Made by a program: the position numbers and the translations under genes | Part shown: one piece after another, positions 1-12,699 of the stretch | How the letters are laid out: every line of letters starts with the position of its first letter | Numbering within the stretch: the first letter of the stretch is position 1 | Notes under the pieces: model-generated | What the model was told of the DNA's origin: nothing | What the model saw: only the letters and a program-made list of their open reading frames with translations | Databases searched by the model: none | Assembly (NCBI GenBank): GCA_964016885.1 | Contig: OZ024743.1 | Coordinates: 97,030,001 to 97,094,000 of the forward strand | DNA from: Eledone cirrhosa | Taxonomy: Eukaryota | Direction of reading: 5' to 3' | DNA: 64,000 bases

Positions 1-3000
1 TGTCTAAAACACATCTGTGTATGTCTTATTGTGTGTGCTTCTGTGTCTGTCTAAAACACATCTGTGTATGTCTTATTGTGTGTGCTTCTGTGCCTGTCTA
101 AAACACATCTGTGTATGTCTTATTGTGTGTGCTTCTGTGTCTGTCTAAAACACATCCGTGTATGTCTTATTGTGTGTGCTTCTGTGTCTGTCAAAAACAC
201 ATCTGTGTATGTCTTATTGTGTGTGCTTCTGTGCCTGTCTAAAACACATCTGTGTATGTCTTATTGTGTGTGCTTCTGTGTCTGTCTAAAACACATCCGT
301 GTATGTCTTATTGTGTGTGCTTCTGTGTCTGTCTAAAACACATCTGTGTATGTCTTATTGTGTGTGCTTCTGTGCCTGTCTAAAACACATCTGTGTATGT
401 CTTATTATGTGTGCTTCTGTGTCTGTCTAAAACACATCTGTGTATGTCTTATTGTGTGTGCTTCTGTGCCTGTCTAAAACACATCTGTGTATGTCTTATT
501 GTGTGTGCTTCTGTGTCTGTCTAAAACACATCTGTGTATGTCTTATTGTGTGTGCTTCTGTGTCTGTCTAAAACACATCTGTGTATGTCTTATTGTGTGC
601 GCTTCTGTGCCTGTCTAAAACACATTTGTGTATGTCTTATTGTGTGTGCTTCTGTGTCTTCTAAAACACATCTGTGTATGTCTTGTGTGTGCCTCTGTGT
701 CTATCTAAAACACATCTGTGTATGTCTTGTGTGTGCCTCTGTGTCTGTCTAAAACACATCTGTGTATGTCTTATTGTGTGTGCTTCTGTGTCTGTCTAAA
801 ACACATCTGTGTATGTCTTATTGTGTGTGCTTCTGTGCCTGTCTAAAACACATCTGTGTATGTCTTATTGTGTGTGCTTCTGTGTCTGTCTAAAACACAT
901 CTGTGTATGCCTTGTGTGTGCCTCTGTGTCTGTCTAAAACACATCTGTGTATGTCTTGTGTGTGCCTCTGTGTCTGTCTAAAACACATCTGTGTATGTCT
1001 TATTGTGTGTGCCTCTGTGTCTGTCTAAAACACATCTGTGTATGTCTTATTGTGTGTGCTTCTGTGTCTGTCTAAAACACATCTGTGTATGTCTTATTGT
1101 GTGTGCCTCCGTGTCTGTCTAAAACACATCTGTGTATGTCTTATTGTGTGTGCTTCTCTGTCTGTCTAAAACACAACTGTGTATGTCTTATTATGTGTGC
1201 CTCTGTGTCTGTCTAAAACACATCTGTGTATGTCTTATTGTGTGTGCTTCTGTGTCTGTCTAAAACACATCTTTGTATTTCTTATTGTGTGTGCTTCTGT
1301 GTCTGTCTAAAATACATCTGTGTATGTCTTATTGTGTGTGCTTCTGTGTCTGTCTAAAACACATCTGTGTATGTCTTATTGTGTGTGCTTCTGTGTCTGT
1401 CTAAAACACATCTGTGTATGTCTTGTGTGTGCCTCTGTGTCTGTCTAAAACACATCTGTGTATGTCTTATTGTGTGTGCTTCTGTGTCTGTCTAAAACAC
1501 ATCTGTGTATGTCTTATTGTGTGTGCTTCTGTGTCTATCTAAAACACATCTGTGTATGTCTTATTGTGTGTGCCTCTGTGTCTGTCTAAAACACATCTGT
1601 GTATGTCTTGTGTGTGCCTCTGTGTCTGTCTAAAACACATCTGTGTATGTCTTGTGTGTGCCTCTGTGTCTGTCTAAAACACATCTGTGTATGTCTTATT
1701 GTGTGTGCCTCTGTGTCTGTCTAAAACACATCTGTGTATGTCTTATTGTGTGTGCTTCTGTGTCTGTCTAAAACACATCTGTGTATGTCTTATTGTGTGT
1801 GCTTCTGTGTCTGTCTAAAACACATCTGTGTATGTCTTATTGTGTGTGCCTCTGTGTCTGTCTAAAACACATATGTGTATGTCTTGTGTGTGCCTCTGTG
1901 TCTGTCTAAAACACATCTGTGTATGTCTTATTGTGTGTGCTTCTGTGTCTGTCTAAAACACATCTGTGTATGTCTTATTGTGTGTGCCTCTGTGTCTGTC
2001 TAAAACACATCTGTGTATGTCTTATTGTGTGTGCTTCTGTGTCTGTCTAAAACACATCTGTGTATGTCTTATTGTGTGTGCCTCTGTGTCTGTCTAAAAC
2101 ACATCTGTGTATGTCTTATTGTGTGTGCTTCTGTGTCTGTCTAAAACACATCTGTGTATGTCTTATTGTGTGTGCTTCTGTGTCTGTCTAAAACACATCT
2201 GTGTATGTCTTATTGTGTGTGCTTCTGTGTCTGTCTAAAACACATCTGTGTATGTCTTGTGTGTGCCTCTGTGTCTGTCTAAAACACATCTGTGTATGTC
2301 TTATTGTGTGTGCTTCTGTGTCTGTCTAAAACACATCTGTGTATGTCTTATTGTGTGTGCTTCTGTGTCTATCTAAAACACATCTGTGTATGTCTTATTG
2401 TGTGTGCCTCTGTGTCTGTCTAAAACACATCTGTGTATGTCTTGTGTGTGCCTCTGTGTCTGTCTAAAACACATCTGTGTATGTCTCGTGTGTGCCTCTG
2501 TGTCTGTCTAAAACACATCTGTGTATGTCTTATTGTGTGTGCCTCTGTGTCTGTCTAAAACACATCTGTGTATGTCTTATTGTGTGTGCTTCTGTGTCTG
2601 TCTAAAACACATCTGTGTATGTCTTATTGTGTGTGCCTCTGTGTCTGTCTAAAACACATCTGTGTATGTCTTATTGTGTGTGCTTCTGTGTCTGTCTAAA
2701 ACACATCTGTGTATGTCTTATTGTGTGTGCTTCTGTATCTGTCTAAAACACATCTGTGTACGTCATTATTGTGTGTGCTTCTGTGTCTGTCTAAAACACA
2801 TCTGTGTATGTCTTATTGTGTGTGCCTCTGTGTCTGTCTAAAACACATCTGTGTATGTCTTATTGTGTGTGCTTCTGTGTCTGTCTAAAACACATCTGTG
2901 TATGTCTTATTGTGTGTGCCTCTGTGTCTGTCTAAAACACATCTGTGTATGTCTTATTGTGTGTGCCTCTGTGCCTGTCTAAAACACATCTGTGTATGTC

Positions 3001-3168
3001 TTGTGTGTGCCTCTGTGTCTATTTAAAACACATCTGTGTATGTCTTATTGTGTGTCCTTCTGTGTCTGTCTAAAACACATCTGTGTATGTCTTATTGTGT
3101 GTCCTTCTGTGCCTGTCTAAAACACATCTGTGTATGTCTTATTGTGTGTCCTTCTGTGCCTGTCTAAA
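1..3168. repeat. 47-bp tandem satellite (about 68 copies, includes 44-bp variants; runs off the left edge)
   Basis: Unit TGTCTAAAACACATCTGTGTATGTCTTATTGTGTGTGCTTCTGTGTC recurs every 47 nt (1, 48, ...). A variant lacking 3 nt gives 44 nt. The array ends at ...tgtctaaagg. Confidence 0.97.
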
Positions 3169-3229
3169 GGCCTCATTCAGCCATCTTCCTATTGACACGT
3201 TCGCACTTGCAAGTAATCATAAGATTACA

Positions 3230-3298
3230 TTGCATACATACATACATATATACATACCAATACATACATTCATATGTACATACATGCATAGACACATG

Positions 3299-3375
<77 letters not shown>

Positions 3376-3545
3376 GAGTATTGAATCAGAGGTGATGATT
3401 CACTTGTTGCTACTTATAGTTTCTCACTATGTGCAATACTTCAGGTGACAAAAGATGAATATATAATTATATATATATATATATATGTGCGTGTGTGTAT
3501 GTATATATATATGTGTGTATGTATATACACACATATATATATATA

Positions 3546-3600
<55 letters not shown>

Positions 3601-3636
3601 ATATATATATATGTGTGTATATATATATACACACAT

Positions 3637-3709
<73 letters not shown>

Positions 3710-3740
3710 ATGTATATATATATATATACACATATATATA
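3230..3740. repeat. (CA)n and (TA)n/(TG)n microsatellites
   Basis: Read directly. Representative of dozens of similar tracts, e.g. 16440-17003, 18355-18860, 20233-21080, 27770-28158, 32930-33440. Confidence 0.95.
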
Positions 3741-3790
3741 TTAACAGTAGTAACTGAAGTCCATTAATAATTTCAGTGTTCAAGACTCAC

Positions 3791-3857
3791 CTTTCACTGA
3801 CCCTCCTCTTATCAGTTACAGCTGTCTTTTCTCACTCTAGCCCCTGCCTCTATGTTT
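3791..3857 (-). other. possible spliced exon (non-coding or terminal)
   Basis: On the minus strand, a polypyrimidine acceptor tttttacttttttgtttcaacacag is followed by 67 nt and a strong donor AAG|gtgagt. All three frames contain stops. Confidence 0.25.
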
Positions 3858-4550
3858 CTGTGTTGAAACAAAAAAGTAAAAACAACAAAAAAACAATCCA
3901 TTTTAAAAACTGTTTGGTTTTTTCAGTTGTCTTTTTGTTTTAATGAACTTCTGGGAGAACTGTGTACATACATTTTATTTTTTGTTTGTTTGTTTGACTG
4001 ATTCAATGCTGTTAGTTACAGTTCAAAGTTAGCTGTTTGATTCCATGTGTAAAAAAATATATATAAATAAATAAAACAGGATAAAAATATATAAATAAAA
4101 ATGTAAAAAATGTAAAAAAAATATATAATACAGAATATTGTTTTACAGAACTTGTAGAAGAATAAAATAAAATTAAATATATTAATTTGTATCTTATTTT
4201 TCTTTCTCCCCCCCCCCCCCTATATATTTATATAAATAGAATGAGGAAAATATGAAGGGAGCAGACAACTACAGCAAAATCATAAACGATATTTTTAGTC
4301 CACACCCTTGCACCTACGATTGCCTCAGGAATGTTACCTTTTACTCAATTTTGCTGTCTGATGAGATCACGTAAATGGTTCAATAACCAAGTGAACATTG
4401 AAATATGTATCACAGCCTTATTAATAAAGGACTCTTTAACATCTACAACTACACATTTTCCTCATTCTAATTATACTCTCTCATGCTTATTTTGAAGAAA
4501 TAACAAGACATCAAGTGCTTGAATTGCATCAATATCTACTGTTTGTATAT

Positions 4551-4940
4551 CACCTTGATTACCTTCACCACCCAGTCTGTCGGGCACCGCTGGTCACAGC
4601 ACGTGCTGTTTTAGCCATACAATGACACCATCCCACTGGCTGGGTGGGTAGGCCGTAAGTCTAAAGTCTGTTTTAAGCCAGAAGGCTCATTTCGCCGGTG
4701 CTTATCCCAGTTTCATGGCGTGAAGCGACTGAGTGTACAAGACTCCCCCCTGGACAGGACGCCAGTCCATCGCAGGGTTAAACGTCTAGCTATTGCTGGT
4801 ACTCATTTTCAGCTGAGTAAACTGGAGCAACGTGAAATAAAGTGTCTTGTTCAAGGAAACAATACATCACCTGGTCCGAGAATTGAACTCACAACCTTTC
4901 GATTGCAAGCCTACTGCTCTAACCACTAAGCCATGCGCCT
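4551..4940 (-). mobile_element. tRNA-derived SINE, family A (head GGCGCATGGCTTAGTGGTTAGAGC), 3' body type b
   Basis: A-box-like TGGCTTAGTGG and B-box-like GAGTTCAATTC, then the conserved ccttgaacaagacactttatttcacgttgctccag segment. The 3' body is shared with 53203-53330. Confidence 0.8.
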
Positions 4941-4957
4941 GTATATATATATATATT

Positions 4958-5222
4958 AGAAAGTGAAATTTTTTTACAAAATGAAAAAAAAACTGAGGTG
5001 TCCTACATAAGTGAAAGTATAAGGAAAAAAGATGAAATCGAAAATGCAACTGGAGTCTTTTTTTTTTTAAATATATATTTATTTGGTTCCTTTACTGGTT
5101 TCACAGTTCTGCTTTTCAAAAGTAGAATTGAGATGGAGGGTTTGTGGTTTTTATCACAGATGTGAGAAAAACCACAAACCCTCCATCTCAACTCTACTTT
5201 TGAAAAGCAGAAGAACTGCGAA
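4958..5222 (-). mobile_element. PLE-derived fold-back insertion in (TA)n
   Basis: About 45-bp inverted repeat (5109-5152 vs 5167-5210), flanked by TA tracts, containing an HHR motif. Confidence 0.65.
5088..5124 (-). ncRNA. minimal hammerhead ribozyme motif, U3-A8 core variant
   Basis: Minus strand reads actt TTGAAAA GCAG-AA-CTGT GAAA CCAG TA aagg. The inverted arm has TTGAAAA GCAG-AAGAA-CTGC GAA. Confidence 0.5.
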
Positions 5223-5884
5223 TATATATATATATTTATATAAAGGCTTACATATACAATGTCCATATAGACAGTAAGCTATATATAAATAACATACATA
5301 AAATCTTCCTGTGATTAAAACATGCCTTTGATAGAGTACCACCATCTATTATCTAGTGGCCCATAAGGAAAACTGGGTGTAGATGAATGGTGTGTGAACA
5401 CAGAGCAAAACACGTAGAGAGGACCTGCCAGTAAAATGAGTTTAGTGAGGAATTCAATTTTGAGGTAGGTGTTCATCAGTGCTCAGCCCACTTCTATTTA
5501 TTATTATTCTCCAGGCAATAATGGAGGAGCTTAAGACCAGCTGTCCATGGAACTTCTGTAAGTTGACAATCTGGATTTTATAGCTGAATCTCTGGAAGGC
5601 CTAGAGAGGGACGTCCCAATTGTGGAAACAGAACTTATAATCAAATAGGCTTAGAATAAACATAAAAAAACAAATTATATCTCTCACAAGACCACAACTT
5701 CTGGTGCTATGCAGTATTACAGAAGACCCACCCTCTATTATTCTCTAGCTGAGGCTTATACCTAGTAGGCAACACCTTCCTCAACCTTCTCCCCTCTCAT
5801 TCACCTCGCTTTGCAGTAACCATCTCTCCCATATTATCTATGTCTGCAATTTTGCCACGTTTCCTACCCCCATCCTTAGTCCCA

Positions 5885-6235
5885 AGACAAAAGTGCCCAG
5901 TCCCCACTGTAAAGTGGTTGTGTAGTTTTCACGACAAAAAGTGCCCACTCCACACTGTAAAGCAGTTGTGTAGGTGACACAACAAAATGCACCCAGCACA
6001 CACTCTAAATGTGGTTGGCAGTAGAAAGGGCACCCAGCTATAGAAGCCAAGCCAAAATCTGCCCTGGGTGAGCTAAACATGGTACTCTGAAACGTTTTCC
6101 TCCCTAAGGGTCAATCCGTCCTACTCATGAAGTTGGACATTAAACGATAAAGATGATGATATATAGATGTGTATATGTATGATGTGTGTGTGTATATATA
6201 TATATATATGTATATCATTGTCATGATATATACAC

Positions 6236-6286
<51 letters not shown>

Positions 6287-6510
6287 GCTGGTACCACAAA
6301 ACATCCAGCCCACACTGTAAAGTGGTCATGTAGGTGACATGACAAAAAGCACCCAGCACACACTGTAAATGTGGATGGCGCTAGGAAGGGCAGCCAGCCA
6401 TAGAAAACCAGCCAGAAACACTCCTATATGAGTGATCCAACTTGCCTCTAAATGGGAAAAACCCGTCTAACCCATGCTACCATGGAAGATAGACGTTAAT
6501 CAATGTGTGT
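5885..6510 (+). mobile_element. SINE/RTE-tail-like repeats with about 55-bp subrepeats (cacactgtaaagtggt...aggaagggca...), two copies split by (TA)n
   Basis: The motif recurs at 47510-48120, 48900-49195 and 53640-53810, ending in ggacgtta(a)a...gatgatgat. Confidence 0.6.
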
Positions 6511-6606
6511 GTGTGTGTGTACATGTATATATATATATATATCATCATCATCATCGTTTAACGTCTATCTTCCATGCTAGCATGGGTTTATATATATATA
6601 TATATG

Positions 6607-6875
6607 TAGGAGGTGAGTTTTATTGTAGCACAATAAAGCAATGCAAATATCGGATAAGTAGCACTCCACAGTTTATAGGACTGAAGTATAAATAATATAA
6701 AATCAAAAGATGGTTAAAGGAGTTCCATGTATTTTATTATGTGCATTTCAAAAACAAATATCATCATGGGATGATATCTGATGAGAACGCAAATATCATC
6801 CCATGATGATATTTGTTTTTGAAATGCGCATAATAAAATACATGGAACTCCTTTAACCATCTTTTGATTTTATAT
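6607..6875 (-). mobile_element. PLE-like fold-back insertion in (TA)n
   Basis: About 80-bp near-perfect inverted repeat (6697-6778 vs 6794-6875) with GAAA-TGCGCA-TA-ATAAA in the arms. A fragment of the same family is at 46024-46085. Confidence 0.6.
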
Positions 6876-6931
6876 ATATATATATATATATATGGAAGAA
6901 CGGACGTAAAACGTTGATGATGATGATGATG

Positions 6932-6972
<41 letters not shown>

Positions 6973-7129
6973 AACAAAGATAGACAGACAGCTATAGTAA
7001 GTCATTAGAACATTGGATTAAAATGTGCCATGGTGTTTGATTTGTTCCAGCTCTTTGTGCTTTGAGTTCAAACTGCAGTAAAGTCAACTTTGCCTTTCAT
7101 CCTTACAGGGTCAATATCTATCTAGGGCG

Positions 7130-7335
7130 GCTAAAATTCCCGAGATCCATGGACGAGTTCTCTCCAACGGTCTCTGTCCCTCATTATCGCTGCCATGTCC
7201 TGCCCTCCAACAGACCAGTGTCTGTCCTTAGGGCATCAACATAAGTTAACCTTGGTCTTTCTCTTCCAGTGTGTCCATGTAGGGGCTCCCACAGGAGCAC
7301 TGAGTGCAATGTCAACTCTGGATGCCCCTGTGTCA
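7130..7335 (-). mobile_element. RTE-clade LINE 3' fragment
   Basis: Peptide GHPELTLHSVLLWEPLHGHTGRERPRLTYVDALRTDTG matches the RTE C-terminal pattern LLWEPxHG...RPxxTYxDxL. It sits within a degenerate SINE. Confidence 0.7.
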
Positions 7336-8089
7336 CTTTTGAGCTGACTTTTGGGAGGCTCCCATACAGCTCTGAGTTTTTCATCCTCAGGGTCAATATA
7401 TAAAATATTATTCGAGGGCAGTGTTATAGAGCATTTGATGTGCTGCCTTATGGTATCTCTTTGTCCACTTTGTGTTTTGAGCTCAGCTTCACAGGTGGCA
7501 AGGTTTATCAGCTTTGCCTTTTCTTTCGATATTATCAGTGGGATGGAGAGGGAAGGTTTGGATTGATTACCACTTTATATAGTCATTTGTTCTCTTTCTG
7601 GTTTCTATGATTAGATTGTGGCCATATTGTGGCACTGCTTCAAAGAGGTTTAGTTTTACTCAATAATATTTATCCAGGATAGTACTCATTTCTGTATATT
7701 GATCTCTATATGCCCAAAAGTGCTAGTGCCATAAAAATCGCACAAAGTACACTCTCTAGGGTGGTTAACATTAGGAATGGCATTCAACAATAGAAACCAT
7801 TCCAAATACTGAACATATAAGCAAGATGAAGTCACAATGACCTATCTGATTTTGGTCCATTACAATCTGTCCAAAACATGCCATAATCATCATCCATTTT
7901 CCCCGCTAGTAGGGGCTGGTGGTTCATGCAGTAATTGGAATTGAAAAGTTATACATACAGGTATTAAATTCAAAAATTCTAACCATTTTAAAACTAAAAA
8001 GCCCAGCTGAGGGCACAAATAAATTGCTATGGCCATCGCTGATTGGGCACCCCAGTGCTGGGAGCTCTCCCCCTTTGCCCCCCATTACA

Positions 8090-8500
8090 TCCAGCCCCGT
8101 ATGCAGTCGACCTTTCATTAATAGGAAGAAAGCTTTTGTAGCCAACAGAGGTAACTGGTCCCAAAACTTCTTCCATCCTGTCCTTATTCTAGCTACTATG
8201 CCATCAGAGTACCCAATTCCAATGCAAATTATATCACCTATGTAGCAGAAGCTATCAACCCCTTTGATGGATCCTTTCTGGGGTTGGAAAAGGTTTATAT
8301 TATTTATTTTATTATCCTTATTGATACTCTTACTATTAGTTGACCTTGAACATCTACTACATACAAAGTCTTTCTTTCCCCTTAACCTACCAGTTATCCC
8401 ACACCATGTTTTGTGTACCCAAGATTTGCATTGTGTAAATTGTAAAGAGTTTATGCCTTTTTTTTCTACATATCGAACAAGACCACTTCGCTCATGAGAT
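8090..8500 (-). mobile_element. RTE-clade LINE fragment (post-RT region with Cys-rich insert)
   Basis: Minus-strand peptides GINSLQFTQCKSWVHKTWCGITGRL...FVCSRC and GVDSFCYIGDII...ARIRTGWKKF. Confidence 0.7.
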
Positions 8501-8551
8501 TGGTGCCCTATCTTCTTTCCTATTAATTAACATTGTACTATATATATATAT

Positions 8552-8720
8552 ATTTAATGTAAAAAAGCTTTTACAGGACCAGAACTGTTTCATTCGTGAG
8601 AAATCATCAGGAAGCAGTTCTGGTCCCATAGAAGCTTTTCTACATTAAACATTTATACTCTGCTATGTATTGAGTACCTTACTTACTGTGGTTACCTCGA
8701 TTGAACCCGGGATAACTTAC
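8552..8720. mobile_element. PLE-like fold-back with degenerate HHR (8575-8611, minus)
   Basis: Inverted repeat aatgtaaaaaagctttt...ggaccagaactg / cagttctggtcc...aagcttttctacatt. Minus strand reads CTGATGA TTTCTCACGAAT GAAA CAGTTCTGGTC. Confidence 0.55.
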
Positions 8721-9540
8721 CCGCCAATCTCCTCAGAGTCGAACAAAGAACCATCTTCGTCTTACAGACCCACACTCCCCCCGGCCTGAACTCCCCACCC
8801 TTATTCCTTTAGCCTTCGACCGCCCGCCTCCCCCCATACATATCCCCCACTAACACCACTAACACACCCCTCCTTTTCACCGCCCACCCCACAACTAACA
8901 ATACTAACACCTCCACTCCACCCCTCATCCGACCACCCTTCCCCAACTAACATACTAACATCCCTCCCTTCTTCTCCTCCCCCCTCCTTATCACACACAC
9001 ACACACACCGGCACATATATACACGCGCTCACACTAAACACACCCCCTACTACCACCACTAACCCTCACCGCCATACCTTCACATACACACACACACACA
9101 CACACGTACACCTACACACACACACCACCTTCAGCCCTCCCCGCTCGGACACCCGTCTACCTCTCCCCACTCCACCCGCCACCACCTCTACACACCCCAC
9201 ACCCTTCCACCACCTGTGTTACCCCCTTTTTAATTTCAGTTTATTTTGATCATGCTTTTATATTTATTTTTATTTCATTTCATTTTATTTTGATCATGCT
9301 TTATTTTTATTTTTATTTTTAATTTCATTCGCACCGTTTCCTCCCACCCCCTTTTCGCTATATGTCTCTCCACCACTCCCCTACACACCCTTTGAACTCT
9401 CTTCCCACACACTTCTCACCCGAGGAAGGGCTTATGCCCGAAACGTTGTTCCCCATCACCACCCCACTCTCCAGAGCGTGAAATTAATAAACATTCGTTG
9501 TACTGCCTCTCTGTTTTGTTCCTGTTCAAATTTTCCATTA
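8721..9540 (+). mobile_element. Penelope-like element 3' end (GIY-YIG C-terminus, C-rich UTR, HHR core, AATAAA)
   Basis: 8723-8812 encodes ANLLRVEQRTIFVLQTHTPPGLNSPPLFL* (PLE ExxxIxxLxTxxPxGLN motif). CCGAGGA-AGGGC-TTAT-GCCC-GAAA at 9420-9443. Same family at 42138-43663 and 20828-20930. Confidence 0.8.
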
Positions 9541-10427
9541 TATATTTATATATATAATCCAACAGGGGTCAACTTTGCCTTTCATTCTTTCGAGATTGAT
9601 AAAAACAGTACCAGTTCAGTACTGGCGTCAATTCTTCCTTTATAGAAAACATCGGCTGTGTTCAGACCTTAGACTTGCCTCTATGACTCCACAAGGAGTT
9701 ATGGGATCTTTATCCTTATCCTTTATATATATATATATATTGTTCTCGGTATGGTGAACTAACTGTTGTGTTACTACATATAGGAATGAAAAATGGCGTG
9801 CTGTGTTCTTGCAAATGTGATATACAAATTAAAATAAAGAATTAGAAATAGGATTATCCATCATCTATTCTTCATTTTAATTTGTATATATATATATAAT
9901 AAATACACTACACATATAAATATGTATGTATAAACACATGTATATATTGATCCTGCAACAGAAGGTAAAATTGACAAGAAAACTGAATAGATAAGCATTA
10001 ATTTTAATAGTTAATAACGGTCTGAACACAAGCATATTGATGAAAGTAAAGATATGCACTAGAAAGGAACTCTTCAGGCATGGACTTATGCAAATGGTTG
10101 TGTTATGCTCTCATGTCCTGTGAAATGTACACAGATGTTGGAAAGTAATAGGAAGAAGCTGTGAAGCCTGAATGTACAACAGTGAGATTAAATATTAGGT
10201 AAGTGTTGTAAACTTTATTTCTTTTAAGATCAATAACTCTAGGGTAAAGAAAATTGATTGAGCCTTTACACAGTGGCTTGGCCTCAAGAAATAGCAATGA
10301 AATTTGATAATATAGTCCTAAATAAAATATATACGAATAAGCAGTGGTTACAATGAACACTATGTTAATCATAGTTCAAGTCTTAACTGGGAAGAAACAA
10401 CTCCTCCTCCTCCTATTACTACTACTA

Positions 10428-10700
10428 CTAATAATAATTGTTTCTACTTTTGGCACAAGGCCAGCAATTATCCCAGTGCATTACTGGTACTTTATTTTAT
10501 CGACCCCGTAAGGATGAAAGGCAAAGTTAACCTCGGCGGGATAACATTGTTACTAGAGCAGCAGTTTTAGGGAAGGGGAACGTTGATTATATGAACCCTA
10601 GCATTTCACTGGAACTTTATTTTATCACCCCCAATGTTGAGCTCAGACTGTAAAGAGGAAGACGAAACATGAGGTATTTTATTTGACACTAATAAATCTG
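10428..10700 (-). mobile_element. SINE family B fragments (ggtactttattttatcgaccccgtaaggatgaaaggcaaag core, (ATT)n tail)
   Basis: Core shared with 11713-11878, 25225-25380, 52080-52250 and 58176-58370. Confidence 0.75.
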
Positions 10701-11712
10701 CCTTTTTTTTTTCATTTATTTTGCCACAAGAACCCTTCAAAGAGACAATGAGCTGTTCATACTTAGTATATAGAATAAGGAATAGGGAAAGGAAAAAAGT
10801 AGCATAATCAGAGCACTTTCTATTCCTTGTTCTGACACCTGATATACCTGAAAGTGCCCATAAACATTTTTAGCCCAGCCAATCTATGAAGGGTTTTACT
10901 TTCTCTGGAGCATAATCCTTCAAACATTCCTAGACTGTTAAGAATCTATCATTCAAGGGCACCTATTAATGGCTCTTTATTTTGCGTATGATCAGTATAT
11001 TATCTGGTTTATTTCCATCCAGGTTTAACATTAAATTAAGCAGGTAAGTTTTCACTTTTTGGACTAGCCTAAAGTTGAGCAATTCCAGAGCTTGCCTCCT
11101 TGTGCTCCTCTCCTAGTGCTTTACATACCTTCTATTTTCACTTATTATTGTCCTCTTTCTTTTTCATTTTATTTCTACTGTTCCCAACAGATCCCCGTCC
11201 CTCTCAATCTTCCATCCAATCAATCCCAGGCAACGTGCATTTATACAACCTATTATGAGTAGATCCATTCAAAGAGGATGGAAAGAAACAAAAGAAAATA
11301 GGTGTGGGTCACTTATCCTAATTTTGAGGTAGTCTTCTCTAGCAAACCAAAACATTAAGGCTCTTCCTCCTGAGACTACCCAAAACATCCCTGAAGCATC
11401 TTGGACATGGGTCTTTTCCTAACGTCCCTCCATCCTCTGAGAATCTTTGTAGGAGTTCTGCTTAAACTCCTGGTGCTGCTTGTATAAGCAGTCTGTCTGC
11501 CTTTGTTTTGAATTGTTTGATTCATACAACATTTTGTGTGTGTGGGGGGGGGGGGGGGGGGTAAAAAATGTCGGTCCCGGCTGTGTGTTTCACTTGTCCT
11601 ACACTTCTTCAGTTTTGCTACTCTTGCTATTTTACCTATTTTCTGAATCTTTAAAGTTTTTATCGCCATTCTCTCCTTTAGTGGAGTTTGCCTGTGTGTG
11701 CCTAGGCATTAT

Positions 11713-11878
11713 TTAATAATAATTGTTTCTACTTTTGGCACAAGGCCAACAATTAACCAGTACATTACTGGCACTTAATTTTATCGACCCCGTAAGGATG
11801 AAAGGCAGACCATAAAGGGATGTAACTATGCTAGAAAGCATGGCGCCCAACCCTCTACTGATACTGCCAATTCACCAA
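11713..11878 (-). mobile_element. SINE family B (internally deleted)
   Basis: Same core and tail as 58176-58370, flanked by aataataat on both sides. Confidence 0.75.
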
Positions 11879-12699
11879 TAATAATATTAATTTTATTAGC
11901 CACCGACTGCAATTTCATGCATCAACATTCATATATAAATCCCAAGGAATAGCAAAAGTGATTTACAATGACGGTAGGGTGTGATAATCAAGTTATGTGT
12001 AAAAAAAGCGAAAGGTGTGAAGTACGTTATGCAATGACTGAAGACAATTTCTTTTAAATGGTTAGATGCAATAGGTGGTGTTCCATATCTGTATTTCCAA
12101 TTAAAATTTATTATTAGATTGATCTGCTATACATCATAGGTATACCAACAACAAGATCAAAAAGGTAATTTTATTTCCATATTTTACTGAGAAAGGTAAA
12201 TAGTTTATATTTTGTGTTTACTTTTCTCTTGTTAAGCTCTTTGAGCAGATAGTAATAACATCTAAAATATTGAGCTATATATTTTAAACATATATATATA
12301 TTTAGTTAAACATACAGAACAAGAAAACAGTAGAGGAAAGGACCATAAATGAGAGGAAAAGGAGGGGAAGATCAAGGATTACTAGATAAAGGAAGAAAGA
12401 ACGGAGAAGGGGAGAGGGTGGAAGACACTACACCTAGGACAGAGCAGTGTTTTGGCTGTGCCCTGTGGACAAAATGGCAAAGGTTTTTCTGTGGACAATG
12501 GCCAGTGACATAAGCTGCAACGACCACCACAGCTTACTGGGCTCTTTTTTCAGAAGGGCTGCTATCTGATTTTACAGGGGAGGTCAGCTGTTCAGGGTAC
12601 CAGGATTCATCAGGGATACAACAGCATGTTGTATCCCAGATGAGGGATTTACCTCCTTCAAAAAGGAAAAGAGTAATACCGTCGGTGTGCTTGCCATCA

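Noticed and set aside
1-3168. CRISPR-like array (minus strand contains GTTTTAGAC)
   Set aside because: Units are contiguous with no unique spacers, there are no cas genes, and the context is eukaryotic. It is a plain satellite.
4358-4390. CTGATGA-GATCA..TGGTT as a hammerhead
   Set aside because: No GAAA or stem III follows. The CTGATGA at 6779 likewise lacks a matching stem II.
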